DNA from: Eledone cirrhosa | Lineage: Eukaryota | Direction: 5' to 3' | NCBI GenBank assembly: GCA_964016885.1 | Contig: OZ024743.1 | Location: forward strand, 318,184,001-318,248,000 | Length of the DNA: 64,000 bases | In this document: in pieces, positions 52,351-63,520 of the stretch | How positions within the stretch are numbered: the stretch's first letter is position 1 | Layout: each line of letters starts with the position of its first letter | Made by a program: the position numbers and the translations under genes | The notes under the pieces: generated by a model | Database searches by the model: none | Told to the model about the DNA's origin: nothing | Seen by the model: the letters and a program-made list of their open reading frames with translations, nothing else

Positions 52351-53345
52351 ATCGTATTTATGCCTGTTTTTCCAAGCTTGCATGGAGCGTTTCATAGCTG
52401 AAATAAAGAAAGAGAACGAAGAAAGAAAGAACGGCTGGAAGCAGAGCGACGTAAGGAACAGGAACGACTAGAGTGGGAACAACAGGAAAGGGAACAATGG
52501 GAATCGGAACGACTCAGAAGAAAACATTTGAAGAATCTTTGACTTTCAGCCATTTGAACTACTCTCCCCCTCTTTGCAATACATACGACTGTTATTCTCT
52601 TCCAGATACTTATATTTGTCTCTATTGCTTTTTTGACCCTGTTTCTTGCGTTTGCTGGGTTTAGATTTTTTATGTCGTTCTGTTCTTTGAAAATTGTCAG
52701 TTTTTGTTTTAGGGTCTTTTTCGTTTTTGACTTGGTGTGATTTGCTTGCAATTTTCGTAATAACTAACTTGATTCCAGCGTTAGCATTAGTTACAGTTCT
52801 TGCAACAGCTAGAGTCCTTTTGTCACCATCTTCGCTATCATCTTCATAAGATTCTTCATCTTCTTCTGAATTATCACTGTCTTCAATTTCATCTTCATCC
52901 TCATCGTCGTCATCTTCATCCTCCTCCTCCTCCTCCTCCTCCTCCTCCTCTTCGTCGTTAACAGAAGCTGGAGATGCTACAGAGCCCACACCAGCTGACT
53001 GTTCACACTTCCAATGTTTGTCAGGATGACGGGATTCAGCATGACGCCCTTGAGATGATTGAATTTCACAACACTTATCTTTTTGTAGTTTTTCAGTACA
53101 GCATCTCTCCATTTGCCACATACCTTCGTCATCTCCTCTGTGAATCTCAGCCATTTGAGATCAGCTTTCACTGCCTCTACCCAGGTTTTCTTGGACTACC
53201 ACTACTGTAGCTTCCTGGCACTTCTTCACCCAGCGATCCTCATCCATATGCATTACATGTCTGTACCAACACAGTCTTCTCTCTTGCACACCACTTTGGA
53301 TTCCTCTTAAGCCCAGTTTCTCCCCCAATTCATCCAAGTTTAAAG
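52351..53345 (-). mobile_element. RTE LINE 3' fragment split by the exon copy (parts ~52351-52385 and ~53095-53345)
   Basis: The left part TTTTCCAAGCTTGCATGG and right part AGTACAGCATCTCTCCA align to contiguous sequence of the RTE copy at ~38230-38295. The right part encodes ELGEKLGLRGI..QERRLCWYRHVMHM. Confidence 0.8.
52384..53094. pseudogene. Rearranged partial copy of the TAF6L terminal exon, inside a TAF6L intron
   Basis: 52384-52530 is the reverse complement of 49654-49798. 52529-53094 is a direct copy of 49054-49653 with a 19-bp deletion, a shorter acidic tract and a few substitutions. Confidence 0.95.
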
Positions 53346-54339
53346 AAGGTGACAAATTGGCAGAGTCATTAGAACATCAGATAAAATGCTTTGCAGTATT
53401 TGTTTCAGCTCTCTGTTCTCTGAGTTCAAATCCTGCCGAGGTCAACTCTGATTTTCATCTATTAAAGTTTAATAAAAAAAATAAAAAAAAAAAGTACCAG
53501 TCTAATACTGGGGTTGATTCTTCCTCTATATATCTCTCTCACTTCCATTCTTTTTCTCTCTATCCATCTCTGGAAGAAATCTGAAGTAGTCAAATCTGGA
53601 GAGATGGGCTCTGTCAGGTTTTTAAAAAATGCCTGAGAAACGCTGTGCGCCAAGGCGATGCCAATACAACTCCATCAGGAGTTACTTGACCATACAAATA
53701 TAGTTTAGAGAAATAAAAATAAGAACAACATACTGGAAAGGAATGAAAAAAAAAAGTCAAATCTGCAGCTCAGATCTCTGTAAGGTTAGTTGGTCTCCTA
53801 CAAGGATCAGGTTAGAACTCATAAGAGATTTCTTGGGTGTTTTAATGATAAAGGCTCCAAGCATATCATGAAGAGCAATGTGAAATGAAGTGTCTTGCTC
53901 AAGAACAAAACACACCAACAAGTCTAGGAATCGAACCAAAACCCTAACCACTAGGCCACACACTCCAAAGGGAGAATCAATAATCTAGTTAGTAAATGTA
54001 GCCTGTTATAATTGTCAACTTCAGAACAATGTAGAGGAAAAGAAGATATAGTTAAATACTGGGGCCTAACCGACCACTTCCTCTTTGTACTGGACTCCAC
54101 CAAGACCTCTGGTGTCCTTGTTCCAACACTGCTAATTTCCTCCATAAAATCATAAAGGGGTGGCTGTTGCAGCAGGTGTCTCTGACCATTCTCCATAGTA
54201 ATGCCTTTGACATTTTGTCTGAGGTACTGTTCAGACTAGGGTGTAGTGTCGGCATCCCCTCTCCCTTTCTTTCATTGCTTGATTCTTTTTTCTTTTTCTT
54301 TCTTTTTTGTTCCCTTACTCCCACCAACACCACCCTTTC

Positions 54340-54640
54340 TCTGTAAAGTTATGTTGGTACCACAACATTCAGTCCAAAATAAATGAGGTCGTGTAGGTGT
54401 CACAACAAAAAACACACAGTCCACTCTGTAATGTGGCCATGTAGGTAACATGGTAAAAACCTCCCAGTCCACACTGTAAATGTAGTTGGTGTTAGGAAGG
54501 GCATCCAGCCGTAGAAAACCTGCCAGACAGTCCTATATGAGCGAGACACTGTCACCCGACCAATTTTGCCTCAAGTGGGACAATTCCCTTCTAAACCCAT
54601 GCTAGCATGGATGATAGACGTTAAACGGTGATGATGATGA
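54340..54640 (+). mobile_element. Family A SINE, well-preserved subfamily (inverted close relative at ~62210-62510)
   Basis: Co-linear with the reverse complement of 62210-62510 over most of its length. Has the RTE-type tail. Confidence 0.8.
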
Positions 54641-54964
54641 AACCCATATCTGGCCAGAATTCTCTCACCTTTTTTTGTTCAAACCGGCTGTAACCGGTTG
54701 CTCATACTTATGTTAAGGTATTGTTCTCAAAATAAATATCAAAATCTCATAGATTTGATATTATGTGAAATAAAGCCTTTACCATGAAAATACAATAGTA
54801 TATATAATGTAAATGCTAAAGGGTTAATAGTGTTTTTTTTTGTTTTCATATAAAGAGCTTTGTAAAAGAAAGAACAGAAACATTTAACAGCTTTATAATT
54901 ATCTAGTTAAATATTAATTAATTACCTAGTTAGATATCAATGAATATCATGTTCAAATACTTAC

Positions 54965-55097
54965 TTTTGTTCCAAGTGCTAATAATCCCATGACAGCGCC
55001 ATAATGAGAACAAAATGGTTTGGTCAAATCACATACGACTTCTTTCAGACTCTTCAATGTATTATGCATCAATATGTTATTACTTGCATTCCACTTT
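54965..55097 (-). CDS. TAF6L: TAF6L internal exon (KWNASNNILMHNTLKSLKEVVCDLTKPFCSHYGAVMGLLALGTK)
   Basis: TAG acceptor, GTAAGT donor, 133 nt, phase 2/0. SHYGAVMGL.ALG is the TAF6/TAF6L C-terminal HEAT-domain motif. Confidence 0.95.
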
Positions 55098-55332
55098 CTA
55101 GAAATATTGTAAGAGAAAAAGAGAAAGATAAAATGTTATTTAAATACAAGAATGAAGATCTTGGTTTTCTGTAAATCAGCTCTAACATGACTCGATAGAG
55201 TGCATAGCTCAGAGATCAGAGAGTTGCTCCCAGTAGAACTGATACTTCTTTGAATTGAGGTATCACAGCTATCATAACTCCAATATAATAATAATAATAA
55301 AATTTCACTTTCAATGCCTGACATTAACTTAC

Positions 55333-55457
55333 TTCACAATGAATCCAAGGAGCCGTGCTGCATAATCTCTCAGTACCCAATGATCATTTAAAGGATTGAT
55401 AGAAGCTGCTAAAGGTTCAAGGCCACAATACATCACACTTTGTACTAAAAGGCCAAG
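55333..55457 (-). CDS. TAF6L: TAF6L internal exon (LGLLVQSVMYCGLEPLAASINPLNDHWVLRDYAARLLGFIV)
   Basis: CAG acceptor, GTAAGT donor, 125 nt, phase 0/2. LEPLAASINPLNDHW.LRD is characteristic of TAF6L rather than TAF6. Confidence 0.97.
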
Positions 55458-56054
55458 CTGAAAAATAAAGAATTTAGTTTTCAATAAAACTGAAATCATT
55501 TAAGAGGAGTCATAAATAATGGCCATCTCTTAAAATAACAAATAACTTTAAGCAATTACATCATGGAAGATTCATTTTAGCAATTGAAACAAAAAAAAAA
55601 CAACTTAACTTTAATCTGTATTGACAAGATCCAAGACCTCACTCATTGACCAAGTGGAGTGGAACTTATCAAATCAAACCAAAGAAACAATATTTCCATT
55701 GGTCTTTCTAATTGCTAATACCATCTACCAGTCACAACTCCTGGCAGAAGGAGCAACATGAAATAAAGTGTTTTGCTCAAGGACATAATACATTGCCCAG
55801 CCTAAAAATCAAACTCACAACCTCACGATTGTGAATCCAACCTTCTAACCATTAACCCAGATGCCTTCACTTCAATTTACTTAGCATTTATCAAATAGTG
55901 TTAAAATAGTATCACACTGTTTTTGACTTGGTCACTGACACAGTTCCAATACAACAATGAACATTTTAACACCAAGAAATAAATAAAAAAAATGTAAAGT
56001 TAAGCTAACTGTTTTTGTGTTTTTGAAAGGCTAAATTGACTCTTTCAAGAGATA

Positions 56055-56285
56055 ATTTCTTTAGTTTCAAACCATGGTCTCACATCAAGTCACTTGCCAG
56101 ACAAGTACAACTGTAGCTAAAATGACTCTTCCACAATGTAATTGCTTTAGTTTCAATACACTGTCTCAGATCAAGTCACTTGCCAGGCATCTACAACTGT
56201 GGCCAAAATGACTCTTCCACAATATAATTGCTTTAGTTTTAACACAGTCTCAGATCAATTCACTTGCCAGACAAGTACAACGTAG
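56055..56285. repeat. Intronic tandem repeat, ~3 units of ~85 bp
   Basis: TTTAGTTT..GTCTCA.ATCAA.TCACTTGCCAG.CA..TACAAC occurs three times. Confidence 0.85.
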
Positions 56286-56361
56286 AGATAACTTTAAGAC
56301 AACTATCAAAAATTTTAAACACTTTTACCTGATTTAAACATCAATAAAACAATTGACTTAC

Positions 56362-56463
56362 ATAAGGCTCGGGTTCCAGATAGAGATTGGAATTGTTTGT
56401 TAAGGCCTTTACGGTGTGCAATAGCCGCGTTAGTTGAGATATATCATGACTGACAGTTTTTAC
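56362..56463 (-). CDS. TAF6L: TAF6L internal exon (VKTVSHDISQLTRLLHTVKALTNNSNLYLEPEPY)
   Basis: TAG acceptor, GTAAGT donor, 102 nt, phase 0/0. Resembles TAF6L VKSVSHDLEQL.RLL. Confidence 0.93.
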
Positions 56464-56522
56464 CTACAAACAGAAAAATAAACATACTTATATAAGTTTT
56501 CTTACTCTCATTTTTTTTTCTC

Positions 56523-56760
56523 ACATCATCATCACTGTTTAACATCCATTTTTTCTATGCTAGCATGGATTAGACGACTTGTCCCACTGTGAGACAAGTA
56601 AGATTAGGTGACCATGTCTTGTTCATACAGAACTGTTTCTGGCTTGGTTTCTATGGCTCGATGCCCTTCCTAATGCCAACCACATTTACACCATGGACTA
56701 GGTGCTTTTTATTGTGGCACCAAAATGACTACCTTACAGTGAAGACTGGGCGCTTTTTCT
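56523..56760 (-). mobile_element. Family A RTE-tailed SINE
   Basis: CATCATCATC..TTTAACATCCA..ATGCTAGCATGG and GATGCCCTTCCTAATGCCAACCAC. Confidence 0.75.
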
Positions 56761-57630
56761 TGTATCAATTAGAAGAAAAAACAAAACAAAAAAAGCCAAA
56801 GCCAATTGTCAGATAAGACAAAGAAAACAATGTTTCCATTAGTCTTTCCATTGCTGAAACTACCTACTGGTCACATCTGCTGGCAGAAGATTGGAAAGAA
56901 GCCAATGATCAGATCTTACCAGTGAAACGTTTCCATTGCTGATACTCTCTAACAATCATAACTCATGGCAGAAGGAGGATTTGAACTCAGAATACACAGT
57001 CAAATCAGATAATACAAAGTAATCTGACTTATTCTTTAACAATTGTGTTCCTGCTATTCAAAATCTAACCTTACTACAAATTGTGTCATACCACTCTGAA
57101 TCACTGAGAATTACATTAAGCTACATGCCTGTGGAATGCTCAGCCACTTGTTGGATTCAGATTGCACATATCAGAACACTAACAATTCTGCTAATCTGCC
57201 ATTCCCTGGACCGGTACTTCATGTATATATTGCCCCTGAAGGGATGAAAGGCAAAGTTGACCATTGCAGGATTTGAACTCAGAGTGCAATGAACTGGAAC
57301 AAATACAGAGGCATCTCATCTGATGGGAGGAAAAAGTCGATGAAATCGACCCCAGTGCATTACTGGTACTTTATTTTATCAACCTCATAAGGATGGAAAG
57401 TAAAGTTAACTTTAACATGATTTGAACTCAGAATTTAACAGGCCGTAACTATATGATGCAAAGCATGTCCGACTTTCTACCGAATCTGACAATCCACTGC
57501 CCTAGTGATGCCTTAATAATGCTGTCAATTCTCCATAATTACAAGAAATGGAAAAAAGGGCAAGAATTTATAATTTGGCACTAAATATGTTTGGTAAACA
57601 CAGATTCAATGTAAATTAAAATATACAAAC

Positions 57631-57708
57631 CCCATTTGATACGAAATTTACAAAATATGGTAACAATGGGACTATTTTTGAGTTTGTTTTCAAATCTGAC
57701 AAGGCAAA
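57631..57708 (-). CDS. TAF6L: TAF6L internal exon (FALSDLKTNSKIVPLLPYFVNFVSNG)
   Basis: CAG acceptor, GTTTGT donor, 78 nt, phase 0/0. Resembles TAF6L ALQDLQTNSKI..LLPYFV. Confidence 0.92.
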
Positions 57709-58051
57709 CTGAAAAAAGAATATATACATATATAAATAAAAGAAAATTTATTTCAAACAATAATTAAGAAAAACAATTATCTGAATTAAAATTTTATGAA
57801 GGTAAAATATAATTTATCTAGTTAAAATAATATTTCAACCAGTGAGAATTGTTACCAACTTACTCTCTTTATACATACATGAATATATACGCAAACACAT
57901 ACACCCACACATAAATGAATACATATATGAATAAATATATATATACACACACATATATGAATTTTACTCATCATGTATATATATACATGCATTTAACTCA
58001 TCATAAAACAGAATTATATAAGAGATCCAATATAAATATAAGTTTGGTTAC

Positions 58052-58161
58052 CTTCATGGCTTCTTCATCTGCCCCTAGGATAGCTTTTACCATGAAATCG
58101 TAGTATTTTAGCATATTCTCAGATAACTCTTTTTTCTCCTTTTTTACGATCACAGCTTTGC
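58052..58161 (-). CDS. TAF6L: TAF6L internal exon (GKAVIVKKEKKELSENMLKYYDFMVKAILGADEEAMK)
   Basis: AAG acceptor after a pyrimidine tract, GTAACC donor, 110 nt, phase 1/0. Resembles TAF6L LLKYY..VT.A.LG.D...MK. Confidence 0.88.
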
Positions 58162-58284
58162 CTTTAAAGAGAGACACAAACATCATTTCAGACACCATTT
58201 TAGATATATTCTATGAGGATAAAAATAATGTTAATAATAAAATGATGAGTGGAGTGGAAACAATACTAAATGTATTTATGATAT

Positions 58285-58600
58285 CACTCATCATCATCAT
58301 CTGTCCGGTTTTTTTTTATATTCCCTTGAGTTAGATGAGCCCTCTTCAATAGAGTATGTTTCCATATTTTTCTTTTCTTTATCATCTCCTTTGTGAGGTT
58401 CAGTTTCACCATCTCTACCCACATCTTTCTTGGTCTTCCTCTTCTAAGATTTCCTTCCATTTTGAACTTCTGGCACTTCTTCATCCAACAATCAGCATCC
58501 ATTTGCATTACATGTCCATACCAGCACAATCTCCTCACCTGCATGTTATATATGATCCCTTTTATGCCCAGTTTTTCTTTCAACTCATTTGCTAACATAA
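58285..58600 (-). mobile_element. RTE LINE 3' fragment
   Basis: Encodes NELKEKLGIKGI...RRLCWYGHVMQM...GRPRKMW and ends in (GAT)n. Confidence 0.85.
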
Positions 58601-58609
58601 TTACCAGCA

Positions 58610-58790
58610 TGACACAATATCTAACAGAGCTGGACCTTTGAAATATAGGTAAAATATCTGATAGGGCTGGACCTTTGAAATACAGGTACCTTCTGAGCAT
58701 GCTACAATATCTGGCAGAGCTGGACCTTTGAAATACAGGGACACTATCTGACAGGACTGGGCCTTTAAATTACAGGTACAATCCATTTGA
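58610..58790. repeat. Tandem ~40-bp repeat (4 units) derived from a SINE body
   Basis: ATCTG.CAGAGCTGGACCTTTGAAATACAGGTAC repeated. A single related copy of the motif is at ~39810-39840. Confidence 0.75.
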
Positions 58791-59230
58791 CAGACTTTCA
58801 CACACGTTTCATCTATTCAATTTCACTCACATGTCTTGGGTCAACCCAATCATATGGTAAACACACTAACAGTGGGATCAAACCCATAACTTCAGGATGG
58901 CGAAGTCAACTTCTTAACCACTTATCTATGCTTGCATTAACTTCCCCACCAATACATAAATAATGCCACCTCCAAACATGCCAATATGTGGTCACTTGAG
59001 TTGCAAGAAATAGCAGCCAAATCTCCCTTGTATCATACTTTACCATCTTTAAAAAAAAATGAGAAGACAAACTGGATAAAATGTTCCTTAATATACTGTT
59101 TTTGAGAGAAAATAAAATGTGAATGAATGGTACTGGCTGGAAATCCTTTGATCATAGACCTAGTTGATCAGGGCTGATGTGGGGGTTAAACAACAACAAA
59201 CCACAACCACAAAATTGTTTTCAAACATTA

Positions 59231-59404
59231 TACAGATAAAGTTCTGTTATAACGAATACCATTACAACAAAATTTTTTTTCAATCCCCGAAGTAACAACA
59301 AACAAACGCTTAATTTGTTTCAGTCGATCTAGTTATAATGAATTTTTCATTACAACAAATTTTTTTCTACCCAGTGAATTTCGTTATAACGGAATTTCAC
59401 TGTA
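59231..59404. mobile_element. Tc1/mariner-superfamily (Tigger/pogo-like) MITE
   Basis: TACAGATAAAGTTCTGTTATAACGAAT ... ATTTCGTTATAACGGAATTTCACTGTA form terminal inverted repeats with TA ends. Confidence 0.75.
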
Positions 59405-59721
59405 ATACAAAAATAAATAAAAAAGAATAATATATGTTTTACAACAAATACAATTTTCAGTTATATTATTACAGTAGATTTAACAACTTTTTAAGTATTG
59501 ACTTAATGTTAGCCCCATTGTTAACAGATTTCTAATGAAATACACTGTCTATGATTTTTAAAACAATTTCAAAATAATCTGTATTTAGTAATACAACTAT
59601 CCCATTATTTAGCTGGTGTTTGGAAGATAACTTAAATTATAAACACTTAAAAATAAATATTGTTGCTTTATAGATCCAGGGTCGGTTTCAAGCAGTTTGG
59701 TATAATAAAGGTTCATGTTAA

Positions 59722-60095
59722 AGTCTTCTTCTTCTTTGCCTGCTTATTCCTGGGAGAGTTATGGGGGCAGAGTCATCGAACACGCCTTCCTGCAAGTCCT
59801 GTCAGAAGTAACCGTTACCAATTTATCTGGCTGGATCCCCCAGCGAGACCAGCCAAGCTCATGGATGTTATCCAACCATCTTGCTCAGTGTCTACTCCTG
59901 GGTCTCCTGCTGGTTGGTTTTGCCTGTGAAATCTGTACATAATATCGGAGCTGTGATCTTTCAATTTGGAGAAATAGCAGCTCTGCCTCTAGCGACTGAT
60001 CTCTGAGCTACATACTCTACCAAGTAATGTCACTCCAATCCATTTTGGCCACTTGTATTCACAATCTTACCCTTTCGGTCATTACACAAGATTCA
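59722..60095 (-). mobile_element. Second RTE-clade family (Expander/Rex3-like) 3' fragment, internally deleted
   Basis: The minus strand gives ESCVMTERVRL*IQVAKM and RRPRSRH*ARWLDNIHELGWSRWGIQPDKL...TLPP, resembling the Expander/Rex3 C-terminus. Ends in a (GAA)n tail. Confidence 0.65.
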
Positions 60096-60599
60096 TATTA
60101 AAGTCTTGAAATTAAAATTAAGATTTTTAAATTAAGAATTAATCTTTTTAATATTAAACCACCCGTGGTTCTACTTAAGTGTTTATATTTATCTAAAAAC
60201 CTTCTGTCATAAGTATATGTAAAAACCGTTTGTCAAGATGTTCCAAACACCAATGCAATAATAAGTAAGTTATTAATATTACTAAATCCCTTCAAATTTT
60301 CGGTTATTTTGAAAATTATATGAAAAGTAGAAACAGTGTCTTTCATCAGAATATGGTAACAGAAGGATTAAGAATACTATACAAGTGTTTTAAGGCAATT
60401 TTCCCTTTTAAGGCAGAGGTTAGCTATGTAGGCCCTCTAACAAGTTTCATACTAATCATGGGGTCCTTTTTGTGGCAATGTTTTACAGCTGAATGCTCTT
60501 CCTGATGCCAAGACTTAGTCACTTCTTACAACATGCAGGGATCTTCCATTTACTTAAATGTTCTTTTGCAGATAATCAAGAGTTTGCTTGGAATTTTTC

Positions 60600-60601
<2 letters not shown>

Positions 60602-60638
<37 letters not shown>
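60602..60638. repeat. (ATT)n microsatellite
   Basis: Read directly. Confidence 0.95.
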
Positions 60639-61527
60639 TGATTAATCAAGGCAGCAGTTCATCTGAAATTGATGAAAGGGAATAAGATATCCTCAAACCT
60701 AAGACATGGTCTGTATGCTTGCAACTGAGTTGACTCTGCTAAGAGTAACCAAAGAACAGGTGATGGTGTTCAGCCAAGCAACAGTTCAGCTTTACCACCC
60801 AAGCATTAGTAGAGAATCTAAGTAAATGCCATACAATATTTAGCCTTGTATCTCAGCGTTGTAAGTTTAAATCCTACTAGGGATGCATCGGCTTTTCATC
60901 CCACAAGGGTCCATAAAACAATTAGCAGTTACATAATGGCAGTGACAATTCTTTAGTCTTGACCTAATGAGAAAAATTTATTATTATGGTGGTGGATTGG
61001 CAGTATCAATAGAGCATCGGACATCATTGCAGCATAGAGTTACGTCCCTTTCCATTCAGAATTCAAATCCCACCGAGGTTAACTTTGCCTTTCATCCTTA
61101 CGGGATCGATAAAATAAAGTACCAGTAACAAACTAGGGTCAATTTAATCAACATTCCCTTCCCCCAAAATTGTTGGCTTGATGTCTAAATCAGAAACGAT
61201 TATTTATCATCATTGAATTTAAGTTATTTCTTAACATTACATATTGGACTGGGCCATATTTAGACCTTGAGGTGCCCAGGACAATTCAATTTTGGGGGAG
61301 CCCAGATATATAATATATTAGTGTATATACTGTATATAATTAGTGTATAAACTGCATATATTAGTGTATAAAATGTGTGTAATGTATATAAGTTAGTGTA
61401 TGAACTGTATATAATAAATTAGTGTATACTGTATATATTTTGAGGGGAAAATATGAAAACCCATTTGAATCACAGTAAGAAAACAGAAACCTACTTTGAC
61501 CAAATGAAGGGGTTTTCCAGTTCTCAC

Positions 61528-61587
61528 CTGCAGCATTTGAAGTGGCTGTGTTGATTTTAGACACACCTTCAATTGCATACCAAAAAC
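61528..61587 (-). CDS. TAF6L: TAF6L internal exon (FWYAIEGVSKINTATSNAA), the most 5' exon identified in the window
   Basis: TAG acceptor, GTGAGA donor, 60 nt, phase 1/1, in frame with the next exon. W.AIEGV matches the TAF6-family HWLAIEGVQP motif. Confidence 0.85.
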
Positions 61588-62209
61588 CTACAAAATAAGA
61601 TTACAAAATTAAAAAGCTTCATATGATATAACTTGTGTACAATTAACATATTATTTTTTTAACAACAAATGTCTCATGTTGGCATAGTGGAGATACTATT
61701 TTATTAGTTTCAGTCATTTGGTTAATTGATCATATTGCCACACCACTATCCAAACCCAATACAAGTAAATAATGTTCAAGTCTGGTACTTATTTTTTCAA
61801 ATTATTTTAATTTTTTTTAAACACAGGCACAAATGTAACCATAGTCACAGGAGCACATACATATATATATACTTATATATGTATATATATGTGTGTGCGT
61901 GTGTATATATATATATATCTATCTATCATCATAATCATTTAATATCCATTTTCCACACAAGCATGGGTTAGACTAGACATGTATATATTATATTTATTCA
62001 AAATTTAGAAGCTTCAATGGTTTTGTTTGGGTGGGGGGGCTCATTATGAAAAATAGTCTAACATATTGATTATAAAAGCCCCTGAATGGATGACACTCAA
62101 TTTTTTTCTCATTTGAGAGAATTTTTTTCATAAAAAAAATAATAATCTTGAAGCTTCTAAATTGTTCAATAAATATATATCCACTTAATGTTTCTAAAAA
62201 TAGATCATG

Positions 62210-62510
62210 CCATCATCATCATCATCATCGTTTAACGTCCATCTTCCACGCTTGCATGGGTTTGGACGGGAGTTTTCCCACTTGAGGCAAGATTGATTGT
62301 CTTGCTCGCATAGGACTGTCTGGCGGGCTTTCTACGGCTGGATGCCCTTCTTAACACCAACCACGTTTACAGTGTGGACTGGGAGGTTTTTACCGTGTTA
62401 CCTACACGGCCACATTACAGCGTGGACTGTGTGTTTTTTTGTCGTGACACCTACACGACCTCATTTGTTTCGGACTGGATGTTGTGGTACCAAGATAACT
62501 TTACATTGAA
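62210..62510 (-). mobile_element. Family A SINE, CpG-retaining (young-looking) copy
   Basis: (CAT)n CGTTTAACGTCCATCTTCCACGCTTGCATGGG tail and core CGGCTGGATGCCCTTCTTAACACCAACCAC. Confidence 0.8.
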
Positions 62511-62539
62511 AGGGGTGGGGATAGTGGGACGGGGGTGTA

Positions 62540-63080
62540 TTTTGTTAGAGGTGCCTACTGACTGTTTTTCTGGGTCTGCCTACTCCGTGGCTACCATCTA
62601 TTTTTATTGCCCTGCACTTTTTTATACAGCTGTCGTCTTTCATGCGCATCACGTGACCATACCAACGTAGTCTTCTCTCGAGTAAACAACATCTGATCCC
62701 TCTTATTTCTAATTTTTCCCTTAGTTCGTTTATGCTTTGCCGTTCACGTATATTACTATTACACATCCAGCGGAGCATGCAAGCTTCGTTCCTCTCCAGT
62801 CTGCGTATATCCTCTGCACACAATGCCCAGGTCTCACTGCCATGTAACATTGCTGTTCGCATGCAGGCATCATACAGCCTGCCTTTCATTTTTAGAGAAC
62901 CTTTTAGCAGCTAATAGTGGTATAAGCTCTCTGAACTTTTTCCATCCAGTTCTGACTCTAGCTACTGTACTTTCAGAGCACCCTCCACCACTGCTGATTT
63001 TGTCACCCAGGTAACAGAAGCTGTCCACTATTTCTATAGATCCATCTGTGCAATGGAATGAGCTAGTATTCTGTGGGCAC
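62540..63080 (-). mobile_element. RTE LINE reverse-transcriptase C-terminal fragment, frameshifted near 62890
   Basis: IEIVDSFCYLGDKISSGGGCSESTVARVRTGWKKFREL followed by KGRLYDACMRTAMLHGSETW..LERNEACMLRWMC..LRWYGHVMRM. Confidence 0.9.
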
Positions 63081-63083
63081 TTG

Positions 63084-63084
<1 letters not shown>

Positions 63085-63146
<62 letters not shown>

Positions 63147-63150
63147 TATG
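63085..63150. repeat. (TA)n microsatellite
   Basis: Read directly. Confidence 0.95.
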
Positions 63151-63319
63151 TATGTGCATGTGTTTCTGTGTTTATGTATATATATAGAAGACACTTGTCC
63201 AAGGTGCTACACAGCATAACTGAACCCAAAACTTATGTGTTTGCAAAGAAATCTCTTTAACCACACACTCATTCCTGCACTTATATACATACTATTGAAA
63301 TAACTGCTAATTGCTCAAA

Positions 63320-63520
63320 TACGAGGGGCGGCTAAGAAGTTCATAGGCTGACTATGAAGGTGTGATGCTAGAGCTGTGAAATCTTGCATGCATTAATTTC
63401 AACTCTTATTAATAACTGCATTCTTTTTTTTTCCAGAGACTATGTTGAAAAATAAACCTCATTTGGTCGTTCCATGAGAGTAGCTTGGTCAGCCTCTGAA
63501 CTTTTCTGCAGACCCTTGTA
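63320..63520. mobile_element. mariner-type MITE
   Basis: TACGAGGGGCGGCTAAGAAGTTCATAGGCTGAC ... GTCAGCCTCTGAACTTTTCTGCAGACCCTTGTA form ~33-bp imperfect terminal inverted repeats with TA ends. Confidence 0.75.

Noticed and set aside
54965-58161. TAF6 (TFIID) instead of TAF6L
   Set aside because: LEPLAASINPLNDHW, TNSKI and DAHKVYGA match the TAF6L paralogue as I recall it. A reciprocal BLAST would confirm.
62540-63229. Active reverse transcriptase gene
   Set aside because: Only the C-terminal part is present, it is frameshifted, it lacks the catalytic core, and it is truncated at a (TA)n tract.
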